Shown: positions 23,601-36,794 of the stretch, one piece after another
How the letters are laid out: each line of letters begins with the position of its first letter
Numbering within the stretch: the first letter of the stretch is position 1
Position numbers and translations under genes: made by a program
The notes under the pieces: generated by a model
What the model was told of the DNA's origin: nothing
The model's database searches: none
Seen by the model: only the letters and a program-made list of their open reading frames with translations
Source of the DNA: Podarcis filfolensis
Taxonomy: Eukaryota
Reading direction: 5' to 3' (one strand)
Assembly (NCBI GenBank): GCA_964270895.1
Contig: OZ185436.1
DNA length: 64,000 nucleotides

Positions 23601-26600
23601 AAAGGTTGGGATCGCTGCAGGGTTTGCACGGTCCAATCACTTGCTGGAGCAAGGCTCGCTGGAAGTTTGGGTGCTAAGAGAGAAGAAAGGCAACAAATAC
23701 TTGCACTTCTTAAACAACAGTTTGTAACTACGCCGTTTGATATCCCCAATAAGATTCACAAGATATCTGATTGTTTACATTTGTTTTATGTTACAAAGGC
23801 AATCTCTGTGCCTATGTTATTATGACTATATAATAATAATTTGAATGAAGGCAGAATAATTTTTTTACCATAAATATCATGCTCTAGGGAGAGTAAGGAG
23901 GGCATTGGAGAACTTTCCAGTTAAGCCCCTTCTACCAGTAAGAGACAGGGGTTGGGGTATAACTTGATTCCTCTGCTGGAAGGACCTCCCAAGACTGAGA
24001 CTGGACTGGAATGAGCAGGAACACCCTCCAACCCCCCCCCAAAGTGGCTGCTCTACAGATCTCCCTGAGAGGAGCACATGCTCAGGGTGCAGAAGCTGCA
24101 ATTTCCTTTATTGAATTTGCTCAGGAAGCTGACAGGTACAATGATACAGGTGCTGGTCAAAGGCATGGGCCTGTCTGCCCTCAGCTATTGCCAATAAGTT
24201 TTGCCTGGGATTTTTAGTGCATTATGACTAGGGCAATCCCAGCCTTGCCAGCCCTGTGTGCTGAGGCCTGCTGTTTGAAATGTCCATCAGCTGGCTACTC
24301 TGCTACTCCCTTGGCCAGGAATCGCTAAAGCCATCCCCCTTCCTCTCACCTTACCCACATGAATCCTAGCTATGGGATTCAGAACCCCTTTCTTTCCCCC
24401 CGCTCTTTTTTTCTGAACGGAAGGCAGACAGGAAAGGTGGACCAAATGTGGTAAATTACAGCACTGCCTGGTAGCCAAACAACAGCCTTACAGAAGCTGA
24501 CTGGGGACAGTTATCTTGCTAAGTAAGGTCAACTGCAAGTTCCTTCTTCCCATTAGTTCCCATTTCCAAAACATTTGTCCTTTCCTGTCCAGAAAATGGA
24601 TCTGTTTGCTAATTTCATGTCCTGGCACATTCAGAAAAAACAGCAATACTGAAATTGTTACCTGTCCATTTTCCATGATAGCTGCAGGGTACATGGCACT
24701 GCTAGGTCGGTCTCGGTGCATCGGTAATAACATCATCAGCTCCCGATTATGACGATACTTATCTGGTAGAGAGGGAGAGCCTGTAAACAAGTGAGAACAA
24801 TCACGTACACATGACAAAACACAACAGAGATGCTCTTTGGCCCAGTCACCTAGTCTTCCTAAGATGTATGAGTCACAACTATGAAACATAACATTTTAGC
24901 GTACAATGGAAATGAGCTTAATTGGCACACAGGAATCACTGCTCTAGTGTTCAGTGCATAACAAAAACAGCAACACAGACAAGCTGCTGGGTCTGTAGCA
25001 TACCGCTTAGCAGGTCAATGAATGCATTCTGAAAGCCCCATGTTACCAAAATAAAACTGCCTTTGGTAGATCCATTCTTATGTGGAAAGGCAACAACTGC
25101 TGGTGTAAGAACATAAGAAGTGTGCTTCCACAAACTGTGTAATTAACAAGCAGTTAAGCTTAATATGAGAATATGAGAACCTAGAGCTTCTCAATATATC
25201 TCTCTTCCATAAGGGTTTTGATTCCTATTGACATTATATTGTCATTTTGATGAATGTTTGCTTGGGCACTCAAAGCAAACATCTTTGATGGGGAAATCCT
25301 ACTCATTATGATACAGGTTGAAATGCACAGCTACCTAAGATAATGATAACAATGGAAACTATCTCCCCTACTGGATGCATTAATGTGCAGAATCTGATGC
25401 ACAAATTTAAGCTGCTAATATGGGTCTTAATTTGTGGCATATCTGTGCCACAAGCATGTACTTAGAGGACAAATGCAAACAACGTATTTTGCAGCTGCGC
25501 CTGCTACTGGGGTTGACATGGTCCCATCTGCAAACTTTCTATGACCACACGAATAATATCTGACCACACACAAATAATATTAAACACAAGTGTTATTTCC
25601 AGTCGGTACAGATTTCACATGAACAGAAGCATGGCATGCAGGTCATAGACTGAGATTTAGCACAAAAGGAAGAAACAATATGGTTAGCAATACAGGAGAA
25701 ACCTTCACACTTTCTAGAGTTTCCCTCAAGTTATTAAGCTCAAAGAAATTCAAACTCCACTGTATGATTAAATGTTTTCACTACAAACACAGAACACAAA
25801 TAATTTGACCATCCTAGCATTCACAATGTTCATTTAGATAAGCATTAATGTTTTATACTGTCTCTTTTACTCACTTATATCACAGATAGTCCTATTTCTG
25901 CATCACGAAATATAAAATACTGATCTTTTAGGAGCACCAGTAAATGTATTATGGCACAAAGTACGCTGCTGATTTCCCCCTTTTAAAATATATTCCTCAA
26001 TTTATCCTAGAAGTACAGATGAAGCTGTTGGGTACCATCAATTTGGAAAAACACATGAAACAATACCTTTGCTGCTCATCTAACATGGTTGACAACAGTT
26101 GCTTCCTGAAAGCTTTTCTATTAATTATGTGACTTCAAGTCATCAACAGAGGGCAGTATTTGTCAAAAGCTCCTTTTAAAAGTTAAAGAAAATCGTGAAA
26201 AATGCACGTTACTTATTTGTAACTGTCAGATCTTTGGAAATTCTACCTGTTCAGCCAAACTTGTAGGAATAGTATCTTGGTAGACAAAAAGTCATACATC
26301 CATACTTTTTGTTTATTTGTTAATATGTCTATCTGCAGGTAGGGTATCATGGTGGTGGCTGTGTTTGTTGCTTCATTCAGGTGCTTATGGACAACTTCAA
26401 AATATGCAACTGACCTGCTGAAAGCCCATTAGTCTAGTGCTTCTTTACACAATGCATACATGTGCACATCCGAAGTGTGTATTTCAGATGACATGCTTAC
26501 AGTAAACATGCAGCAAAAGAGCAGCAGTCCCACATTTGGAATGGTGAGCTCTGCCTTTTGAAGTACAGTGGTACCTTGGTACTCAAATGTCTTGGTACTC

Positions 26601-29600
26601 AAACGCCGAAAACCCACCATTTCCCTGCACCAGTGGTCAATCAGATTCCCTAAAAAGACCAAAAGGAGGACACAAGAACAAGAGCCTTCCCTTGTTTGTC
26701 CCTCAAAACTATAGTAACTGGAAGTATATGGTCTTTCTACTGAGAAGAGTCTACTCCTCCCTAACCATAGTCTACTCCTCCCTAACCATACATGTGCTAA
26801 AAAGGATACTAGCCTGACTGTGAGTTGTATCCAGTGGTGTCCTTCTATTCACAAAAGGTGATTTGATCCCTCAAAGACTTCCATGCATAGAATGGGGAGG
26901 GAGGTAATTCCCCTAAATGTCCCGTTTCCCTTGCAGCCCCCATATCATGTCCTGCACTGTTCAAGTGTGTACCCTAAGCCCCTAGAGCAGACTGGAAGGG
27001 AGCACTGGGAGTGGAAGAGGAAATGAGAAAAAAATCCCCTCCCTCCCTTACGTTCTTGGAAATTCCCACTGGATCAAATAGCTTCCTGTAAATGCAAGGA
27101 CAGCACTGGATACAATCCACTGTGTTTTCATTTATTAAGAGAAGGCTTTGAGTGATGCAGCTGTGCAATCACAGTTCTTCTCAAAAGTCTTGCAGGAGAA
27201 TAACATGAAACCTTTCACAAGAGCAAGATCTGTTGCGGGATTACCACTCAAAATTGAACTTCAGTGTCACTGTTTGTAAAACCACGTTGTACCGGGGATG
27301 CCTATGATGTTCATTGGTAATAATTTCCATCAGAACATATTACTCTCACACTGAACTAATTTTTCAGAAGGGAAAGCAAAGCGTATGGAGAACTGGCAAG
27401 TCTCATCACAGGGATCTTGAGGAAAGAAATGCAGTATAAATTACAACAAAAACTGAATTTTTTAGAGCTACCTATTTGCATCGTGGGATGCTGGAGCCAA
27501 TGGGATGGGCAATGCCCTTGTCATGTGACGCTGTGACAATCCACTATCTCAGTCTAAATTCCCACTACCCTGTCATGCAATGTAGGTGAAATGATAGTTT
27601 ACTTTACAGCAGGAGTAGGGAACCTTTGGCTCCCCATATACTGTTGAACTACAACTTGCATGCCTTCCAGCAACATCTAGAGGGCCACAGGATCCTCACA
27701 CCCACTTTACAGAGTGATATAAGAATTACTGCCATAATATTATATATGAATTACTTTAACTACTATGAAAAAGTGCCATATAAATACTAACTTTGAGTGG
27801 GGTAGTATGTTGGTCTGTCACAAATTAAAGAACCAGTCTTGTGGTATCTCATAAAAGTATTGTGAATTACTATCAATTCTAAAGTTGTAATCCAATGCAC
27901 ACTTACCTGAGAGTAAGTACCATTCAATATAAGACTTATTTCTGAGTAAACATGCAGAAGACTGCACTGCTGATATTTCTAAATAATTTGCATGTAACCC
28001 AAATATGAACTGATTTGTTCATCTTTGCTGAAACCTTCTAGGAGCTTGTTTTAACATCAAAGTCCAATGTTTAAATGCTATTATTATTCAGTGCTGATTA
28101 AACAGCTGTGACTTGCTGTCCAAGCAGAGAAAAGGAGAAGTCTAAACTAAACAGCAACATTGACCTGACAGCTCCTACTATGAGTTCACAGCAGGGGACC
28201 ACCTTCAAACCGCACTAAGCACTAAGCAAATGGTCTTTTAAGTATATTTACTTGGGAGGCTTTTGTATTCTCTCCAGGCTGAGAAATGTGATAGACATAA
28301 TCTAAGGAAATGACAGCTAGTGTCTATCTGGCAAACATCCAGATTGAATACTTGGTGAGAGATACACATCNNNNNNNNNNNNNNNNNNNNNNNNNNNNNN
28401 NNNNNNNNNNNNNNNNNNNNNNNNNNNNNNNNNNNNNNNNNNNNNNNNNNNNNNNNNNNNNNNNNNNNNNNNNNNNNNNNNNNNNNNNNNNNNNNNNNNN
28501 NNNNNNNNNNNNNNNNNNNNNNNNNNNNNNNNNNNNNNNNNNNNNNNNNNNNNNNNNNNNNNNNNNNNNNTGTGTAAGTGATTCTCATATCTACAATGCT
28601 TAAAATAATATTTAAATTGGCCTTAACAATGAAGATAAATCAGCTCATTCATGGAGCAGAGCCCCGTAATGTGTCTACTAACCTCTCAAAAGGTGCTTTA
28701 TGACATACTACTGTACCAAGTTAAGAAGGCAGCATATTCCTACAAATGTTTATCATTTCAAAATGAAAATACATGTGTACGTTTTACAGAGACAAGCTGC
28801 GAGACATTTCAGCTGATTATATTTACTTTTAGTGTTAGTTATATTTGAGTTGTACTGTTCACTGTGAACAAAACAAGCTTTGCTATATTATCCAATAGTT
28901 TATCTATAAAAACAAAACAAAAATCAGAGCCATATGAATGGGAGGCTTATCTAGATATTCAAATTATAGCTGCATCTCAGTTCAGTTAGATCTCAGCCCA
29001 TGAATAAGAATATAGGAGGTTTAGCTGGAAATCAGACTATTGACTGAAATCAAAGCTGCTAAAGTTTGGGCAACTCTTTTCTCATTTCTAAGACAAGCTT
29101 TGAACCCTGAAGAGTGCAAGTTAGTCATCATTCAGTAAATCGAGGTTCCAGTACAACTCCTCACATCAGTGTGGAACCTATCACTGCCAAATAGCTGCAG
29201 TGAAACACACTGATGAACTGGGTGCACTTCCTGGCTGAAGGGTGTCTAAGTCTGCCACTACAAGCTGGTAACTCTGTTGGCAATCTGAACAGAAAGGCCA
29301 AGGACTGTATGGGTCATGGAGACCAATCTATCCTCTCACCTCTAGAGGTGGTTCCTCCAGGACAGAGATGAGGCACATTGGTGGGGGCAGTGTGGGGAAG
29401 CCTGCACTGCTGCCGCCCGTGCTGTATCTGTTCTGTGGATAAATAGAGGGCTTCAGCCTCCAGTGTTGTCAATCCAGCACCTTTCATCAGCACTAAATTA
29501 AAAAGAATATAAATAAACATAAAAAAAGGATTGAAGCATATTGGCAGAGCTAGGCATGTGAATTTTGCACTGCAGCTTGCTTTAGCGCCAATGCTTGTCA

Positions 29601-30677
29601 ATCTCTCATTTACATAGAATAAAACTTATTAAAGGGGGGGGGGATGTACGCAAAGAAATAAATCCCATGTTATTTTCAATACCACCAGGCTTATTTTCTG
29701 CAAAAAAAAATTCATCCCCGTTGGAAGTTTCACAACAATTAAATTAATAATTCACATACTGTGAAGTATCAAGAAGATTTGGGGCTTTCTTTTTCTAGTG
29801 TGCGATTCATGGAATTCCAAACAACTTCCCCATTAATTTAAGAAAATTAATTCAATTAGTTTAAGAAATTTGTCCAAGAATAAATGAAGTTTTCCAAAAT
29901 GATCAGAAATGGTCAAAAACAGAAATCACATGTAGATATGACAGTGCTTGTTCAAATATATATTTGCTAACAGGAAATGATGTATTACTTATTAACTGGT
30001 TGTCCTTTAACATACATCACCTCATTTGTCTCTAAGCACTGGTAGAGATTCTAGATGCAGGAAATGCTGTTGAGAAGTCAAATGGCAGCTCAGAAAGTTG
30101 GATATCCACAGTATCACAGATACTATGAGTACTGTGAAATGATGCAAGGACCACCATTCCATATTTTTCCTCCCCAAAGTGCATACTTCATAGAGATACA
30201 ATTAGCAGACACAGTTGACTCTAAAGCAGTACAATCACATAACCATTTTCCTGACAACGGTCACCACCTTTACCTTCTTTATTCAGCTTTGATCACAACT
30301 GCTTTCCCACCAACTCTGGTAATTATAAAAATATTTGTACTTATATACAGTACTGTGCTCTTCAGCTTAGTGCAACAGATACAATAATGAAAAAGACTTC
30401 ACTGAACATATGAAGCTCCCCAGCTGTCTCTGCGCCATCTTTTCTGTTGTATATAAAGCTGCAGTATGCTGAGTCATATCACCCGTCTATCTAGCCCAGT
30501 GTAGTCTATTCTGATTGACAGTAACTTTCCAGGGCCTCTGGCAGACAATATTTTCCAGCCCTACATCTTGAGAATAATTTTTAATTGGAGAAGTCATGGA
30601 TTTAATCTTGCACCTTCAGCATGTAAAACATGTGTTCTACACTGAGTCCCCTTCTCCCCTCTCCCTACCAGAGGTGA

Positions 30678-30724
<47 letters not shown>

Positions 30725-33700
30725 TTATTATTTATACCCCGCCCATTTGGCTGAGCTTCCCCAGCCACTCTGGGCGGCTTCCAGTCAAGTGTTAAAAACA
30801 ACCTTTTGCACAAAAAAGTATGTGTTCTACTACTGAGATATTGGTTCTTCCATTGTATCACTACTGCCAAGGATATTTGAGCTCTACAGAAATGGGTTCA
30901 CCAAAAATAAGTGGATGGGGAAGTTCTGTTGTTCTGCAGCATACACAAACAGCAGTGCAATTTGGTTTGAGAGTCTCTAAGCAATAATTTGGCACCCAGT
31001 TCTAGAGAGGCCACAGCTGCGGGTTGGGAGAGTCCCTGTGACTTGTGAAGAGAAGAAACAACCAACTTTGCATAGTGTCTTTTAGAGAAAGGAAATACTA
31101 GGGAGTGAAAGCTATTTCAGATATTTTCTCTCTCCCTTTCTTCATTTGTAACTCAGGCAAAGAAGGCAAATTTTGTACACCTTGTTCGAAGTAAGATTCT
31201 ACACTCTATGTTCCTTCATCCTGATTTCTTTTCCTTTGAGACCTGCCTGGTATTTACCTTTGTCCTCATGTGGTTGCTGTTTTCAGTGCTGTTTCTCAGA
31301 CTGTTTGCTTTAGAAGTAAAACAACTCGTACAAGCAGCAGAATGGATTTAAGTGAATCGGCTCAATGCTTGGGCAGCCCATTGGAAACACACAGTTAAAT
31401 TGTCTTAAAATAAATTTTATACCAGAGAGAAAGTATACCAAACTGTTCTGAAAAGATGACACACTTAATTGGAACATTGTAGAAGACAGTCTTGAATAAT
31501 TCATTGTTACAGTAATGAAGCTATCGCTTATTTTAAGCAAGGAAGCAATTCAATGTACAATCTAGAATTTTAAAGGGCAAACATCATAGCAAATTGTAGA
31601 ACCTTGACTCATTCTTACCCCGTGCGCTAGGAGGTGCAGAGTTAATCATCTGGGATGGTGCAGAATGGGTAGAGCTCAGGCTTGAGGTGGAAGGACTGGC
31701 CTAGGAAAGAAAAAACAGATATTGGTGATTAGATTCTTAGGGTAGGATTCAACCAACACGTCCCACCCAGTGGAAGCCAGTGCAAGTGCTCTCACTAGTA
31801 CAATGGGGTTTTCACCCAGCTAACATTAAAAATTGTCTAAGTAAACTTAAATATAATTCAATAATAAAATACCTAGCATTTTAAAGTATTTCTGAGTGTG
31901 TCAAGTGTTTCATATTCTTTTCATGTAATCTTTATACCAATCTTATAAGGAAATGAGTGTTGTTATTATTCTCATGTTGCAGATGTGGGAGGAAGGCTGA
32001 GAGAGGGTGACTTGCCTAAAGCCAGCAAGTGAGTTCATGACAGAGGTAAGATTTGATTTCCTCAATCTGTAAGGCACTATATTATTCTAGAAATGTCTAC
32101 AAGTACTGAGTAGATCTTAGTACTGACTGAGATCTTAAATGCAGGGCTGTCTTGCCCATAGGAGCTAGGGGTGTGGGGCACCCGGGCGCCAGGCTCTCAG
32201 GGGCACCAGGCTGAGATTCCAGGGCCTGAGAGTTGAGTCCGGGGAAGAGCCCGCCCATCGGTCGGAGTGCCGTAGTGGGCTCTTCTGCTGCTGGCAGCTC
32301 TGCATTGCGAGTTTGGGGGCGACTGAGCCAGTGAGACGCTGAGGTGGCTGGCTCTGCCCTGCTGTGCGCCTGGGACTGGGCAACTGGGGGGGAGGGCACC
32401 AGGCGGGTCTTTGCACCCCAGCGCTACATATGCTTAAGACAGCCCTGCTTAAATGCATCCTAAAATCATCTTTAACACTGCATATTCCTGATGAGTTACA
32501 GTCGTACCTGCATGTGGTACATATCCTCTGCTGTTTCTCCGACAGAACTGTCTGTTAGAATAACCAGATTCCCTGTTTCACTTGATGTATGGGAAGAAAG
32601 AGAAGATGACGAGTGTCGGACTGTGCCCAGCATATTCAATGGGCTACGGAGAACAGAGAACAGTAAGATAAAATAATATTTTGTTTTAATCAGAAATATT
32701 TATTTAAAAAATGCAGAGTAATTGCATCTTGTTCACTGGAAGCTACTGTTTCGGTAGCTCAAAACATACTGAAGTAACATGCACAGGCAAGCCTTTCTGT
32801 GTCTGTACATTTTCAGTTATATAAGGCCCATCACTATATTAAACAAGGACTTTCACATTTTGCCCAGCTGCAGAGCAAGTTAGCCATTTGTCAAGAAATG
32901 TTAGAACATATTGGAGAAACCACTTATTTTTTTAGTGCCAGAAGTCAAATTGTAAATTCACGTTGACCTAAGTGGCTGTTCCTGTGTCTCTTCAAATATT
33001 TATTTCTGTAAAATATTTATATTCTGCTTTTCTACCATTTGTTCAAAATAGCTTTCAACAGCAGAGAAGAAAAACGACAATCACCTAAAATAAATAAAGA
33101 AGACAATAAACGTATACAAACTCAGTAAGCACTAATGTATAATTTAATGTCCAATTGCCATACTTTTTCATAGTTGCATCAATTTAAGATGCACATGGAA
33201 CTAGTGAGCTCTCTGACCCACACAAATTCTGCTGTTTTGGATTTGTAAATATTTGGGGAAATCATCTGCATTTTGAGGAATAGTCAAGTGTTCATCAACC
33301 ACTATTTCACGACCCATGAAATTATTTATATTGTATGTTTTTCAGTGCATAGTTTTGTATCTGCATTAAAAATACATTTGATACAAAATGATGCCATAAC
33401 AGTATCTTACTATGAATTCCATGGCTAGAGCCACATTTCCAGGACCCCTGCTTTGGCAACTGATAAAGAGGCAACTGATAAAACTGTAAAACAAGTCTGC
33501 TACCAAATTTTGATGGTTTTAAAAATACTTTTTCAGATAACACTACTGCCATTAGCAGTTTCTGTATCAGCTAATACTGGCTATTGCAAGCTTTTATTAA
33601 ATGAAAAATTGGTGGCAAAGAAGCAGGAGAAAGGTTAGCAAATTTTAACAGCTGAAGCAACAAAGAATGGAACCTTTTATAACCATTCTCATAAAATCAT

Positions 33701-36700
33701 TTCCACCACAATACTTAAGGTTTAGAAATTAAAACTGCTTGAAGAACGAAAAACATTTCCACCACACAATTCCAACTGTGTGGATTTTAGATTGTTTTCA
33801 TACTTCCATGTTTCTCTTAGGTAGGCGTCACCTGAATTTTGAAGTTGTTTCAAGTCCTTTACATATTAGCTGCTAAAGCATATTAAAGACCAACACAGAA
33901 TGATCACCCTTTCACAAATGATTCATTGCGCGGATAAGTTAATATAAAAGTGGGTTTTATTTATTCCTATAACTCTGAGTAGACCTAAAGCACCTCCCAG
34001 AATCTATACACAGTAGCTACATGAGCTACTTTGCTTTAGACATCAGTTGAAAAGACTGGTATAGAATAAGGTTATCGGTTGTCCCCGTTTCCCGGGGACA
34101 CCCTCCGAATATACAAATCAGTCTCCATACAAAATTCATTGAAGTTGAAAAGTGTCCCCGGATTCATTGAAAAAAAATCTGGTAACCTTAATATAGAAAG
34201 ACCTTTCTTAGGTAGATAAATACCTGTGGCGATGCACCATCTTGATACTCTCTGGACTCATTGGACTATGTGATACAAGCATATTGCTGCGTGGTGTGCT
34301 CGTTCCTGAGCAGGCTGGACTCAGTTTATCCAAAGCAGGCAACTCCTGTAAAGTACATTAGGATGGTCATATGTTGCCTTAATAATAAGCTAATAGGATT
34401 GTGCCTTATGGTCCCCCACACAGCCCTTTCAATAAACCATAGCTAGTGCTATCTACATGAGCTAGAATGTTACCTGTTACCCTTCTTGTTGTCTGTCCCT
34501 GAACAATCAGCATCTGCTTTCAATATCACAGAATCCTGGCTTGGTATTACCGTATTTTCCCGTGTATTAGACGAGGTCTTTTTACTCAAAAACCGTGTCA
34601 AAAAACTGGGGTCATCCATTACACATGGATAGTGGCATGGAGGGGGGGGGGAGAAGCGGCGTGCCTGCCAGCCAGCTGGTTGACAGCAGCACAACTTCCC
34701 CCAATGCAGCAGCAAGCGGGAAATGATCTAGCAAGTGTTTCCCGCACGCAGCTGCGTGGGGGAGAAGCTCAACAACTTTGGGCCATCTCCCCTCATTTTC
34801 TTAAAATTGAGTCTCCCAAAATAGGGGGGGGGGGTCTTATACATGGGTGCGTCTTATAGACGGAAAAATACGGTATGTATGAACCAGAGACTGTGGTTTA
34901 AAACAAGCGCTGATTAGTTACAAAGCAGCTTCATAATCCATAATATGAAGTACACTTGCTTAGAAGCTGGCCAGAAATTTGTTTTAAACCACAGTTCTGT
35001 GAAAGCTGACATTCTGTAAAATTAGTAAAGTTCCTCTCCTGGCCACACAAGAGGAGAGGTGAGCATACAGGTTCCTTCCTGCTCACACACATAGTACTAC
35101 TAAGCAACGATTTAGAATAATGTGTAAGTGTAGCCAATGGCTTAATATCCTGGTTGGTTCCACTCTGGACGATATGGGAAATGATAGCTAACTGAAGATT
35201 TTTCTGATCTGTTGCTGGCTTGTGCAAAGGGAGGAGGAAATGAGTTGTATGCCATAAGCCTCACTCATATCTTAGCAAATGCAATCTATGAGACTTTTTC
35301 TGTGTATCGTTATTGCTAATAATTTTGTCATGATCAATAATGAACCATCAATATACAGACAATAACATGCAAAAGGTTTAGTTGGTAATGGTTCCCAAAT
35401 CAGAAAGATGTGAAGTACACATGTCTAGCTTTGATGTAGGCTTTTATACAAAATGGATTTCTAACACTACATTATTTACTTCTCCTCTCACTGTGTACTC
35501 TGCCCTTAAGTAATGCTTAAAAGCACACATTTATTTATATCCTATTTTAAGCAAGCAACTGAAGGCAGAACTAGACATTATGTACTCTGCTGTTATTCTT
35601 TTAAGGGAGTAAAAAACCCCCAAAATACAGTTGCTGTGATTGCAATTTGAAGATGAAAAACTAGTACAGGGGAAGAGGGGCTTTTATCCTTTCCCCTTGT
35701 GGCAATTTCCAATTTAAAATAACCTTTTTCAAGCAAATTTTCCTTGAGGCTTTATGTTCAAATTGCATCCTCAGATTAAAAGATCCCTAATCATAACATT
35801 TCAAGCAATGTGTAGTTTTTTTTGTACCCATTTTAAAAGATCATATGTGATTCAAATGATATGAGCAATCACTAGACAAATGAAAAATCCAGATGTTCAT
35901 TTCCTCATATTTTTCTGGATATCTAATTTATCTTTGCTGAAGAATTCATTTTGTACTCATTCAGCATTTTCCAGTTCACATGTCTATGCCATAATGGAAG
36001 AATTCAAAATACTGCTGTGAACTGTAAAAAAAGAAAAAGAAACAAAGAAAGAGGAGTGTTTATCTACTTACATGGTACAAACTGGATCGCATCATCTGGA
36101 ACTGGTCAATTAGTTTCTTATGTAGAGGGCGCATCTCTGGATGTACAAACTTCTCATGTACTGCAAGACCCACTCCTAATATATGTACCTATTAAAAATA
36201 AAATCAAAGCCTATACATGCAGCCTAAGAAAGACTGCAAAATAATGTTCTATATACCACTCATTCACTGAAGGGTAACTGTCTCTAAATACTTGTAGCTT
36301 AGTTTAGCTAAATCATTCATGCTCACTAAATCTATTTTCAGATTACAGCAGGAAACATTAGAGAGCATGTAGTTGATTGCCTAACAACCACTCATATGAT
36401 TCCCGGCCACCTCTTCCTGCAAATGTTGTAATAGCAAGAATGTGAATTTGAAGTGATGGCAGTTGTGGCTAGACTAGAGTTGCCATACATCCAGAATTCC
36501 CTTGACATAGCTGGGATTCAGCTGTCAGAAACAGTGTTGGAAGGGTAGATTTTGGCAAATTTCCTTTAAAATAGCTCAAATTTTGTTGTTGTTGAGATCA
36601 TGCAAAAAATCAAGATCTCAACAACTTTTGTGTCCGGATTTTCACTTTTTGAAATATGGCAACCCTAAGCTAGACCAATAGAGAACTGGAAGATATCAAT

Positions 36701-36742
36701 GAAGTTTTTCAAAATCAGGAGAACAGCTTCATCAATACTTAC

Positions 36743-36794
<52 letters not shown>

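Noticed and set aside
28238-28603. ORFs spanning the N run
   Set aside because: Artefacts of the 200-N assembly gap. The gap could hide sequence, but no expected DOCK3 exon is missing here.
29195-29240. Minus-strand PGSAPSSS segment mimicking the DOCK3 SAPSS exon
   Set aside because: The true exon is at 31619-31700; this segment runs into a stop and has no donor.
36022-36071. Strong polypyrimidine tract + cag on the minus strand just downstream of exon 36188-36072, suggesting an extra exon
   Set aside because: The implied intron is only 50 nt, below the usual vertebrate minimum, and all three frames hit stops within ~15 codons; more likely a U-rich element next to the donor.
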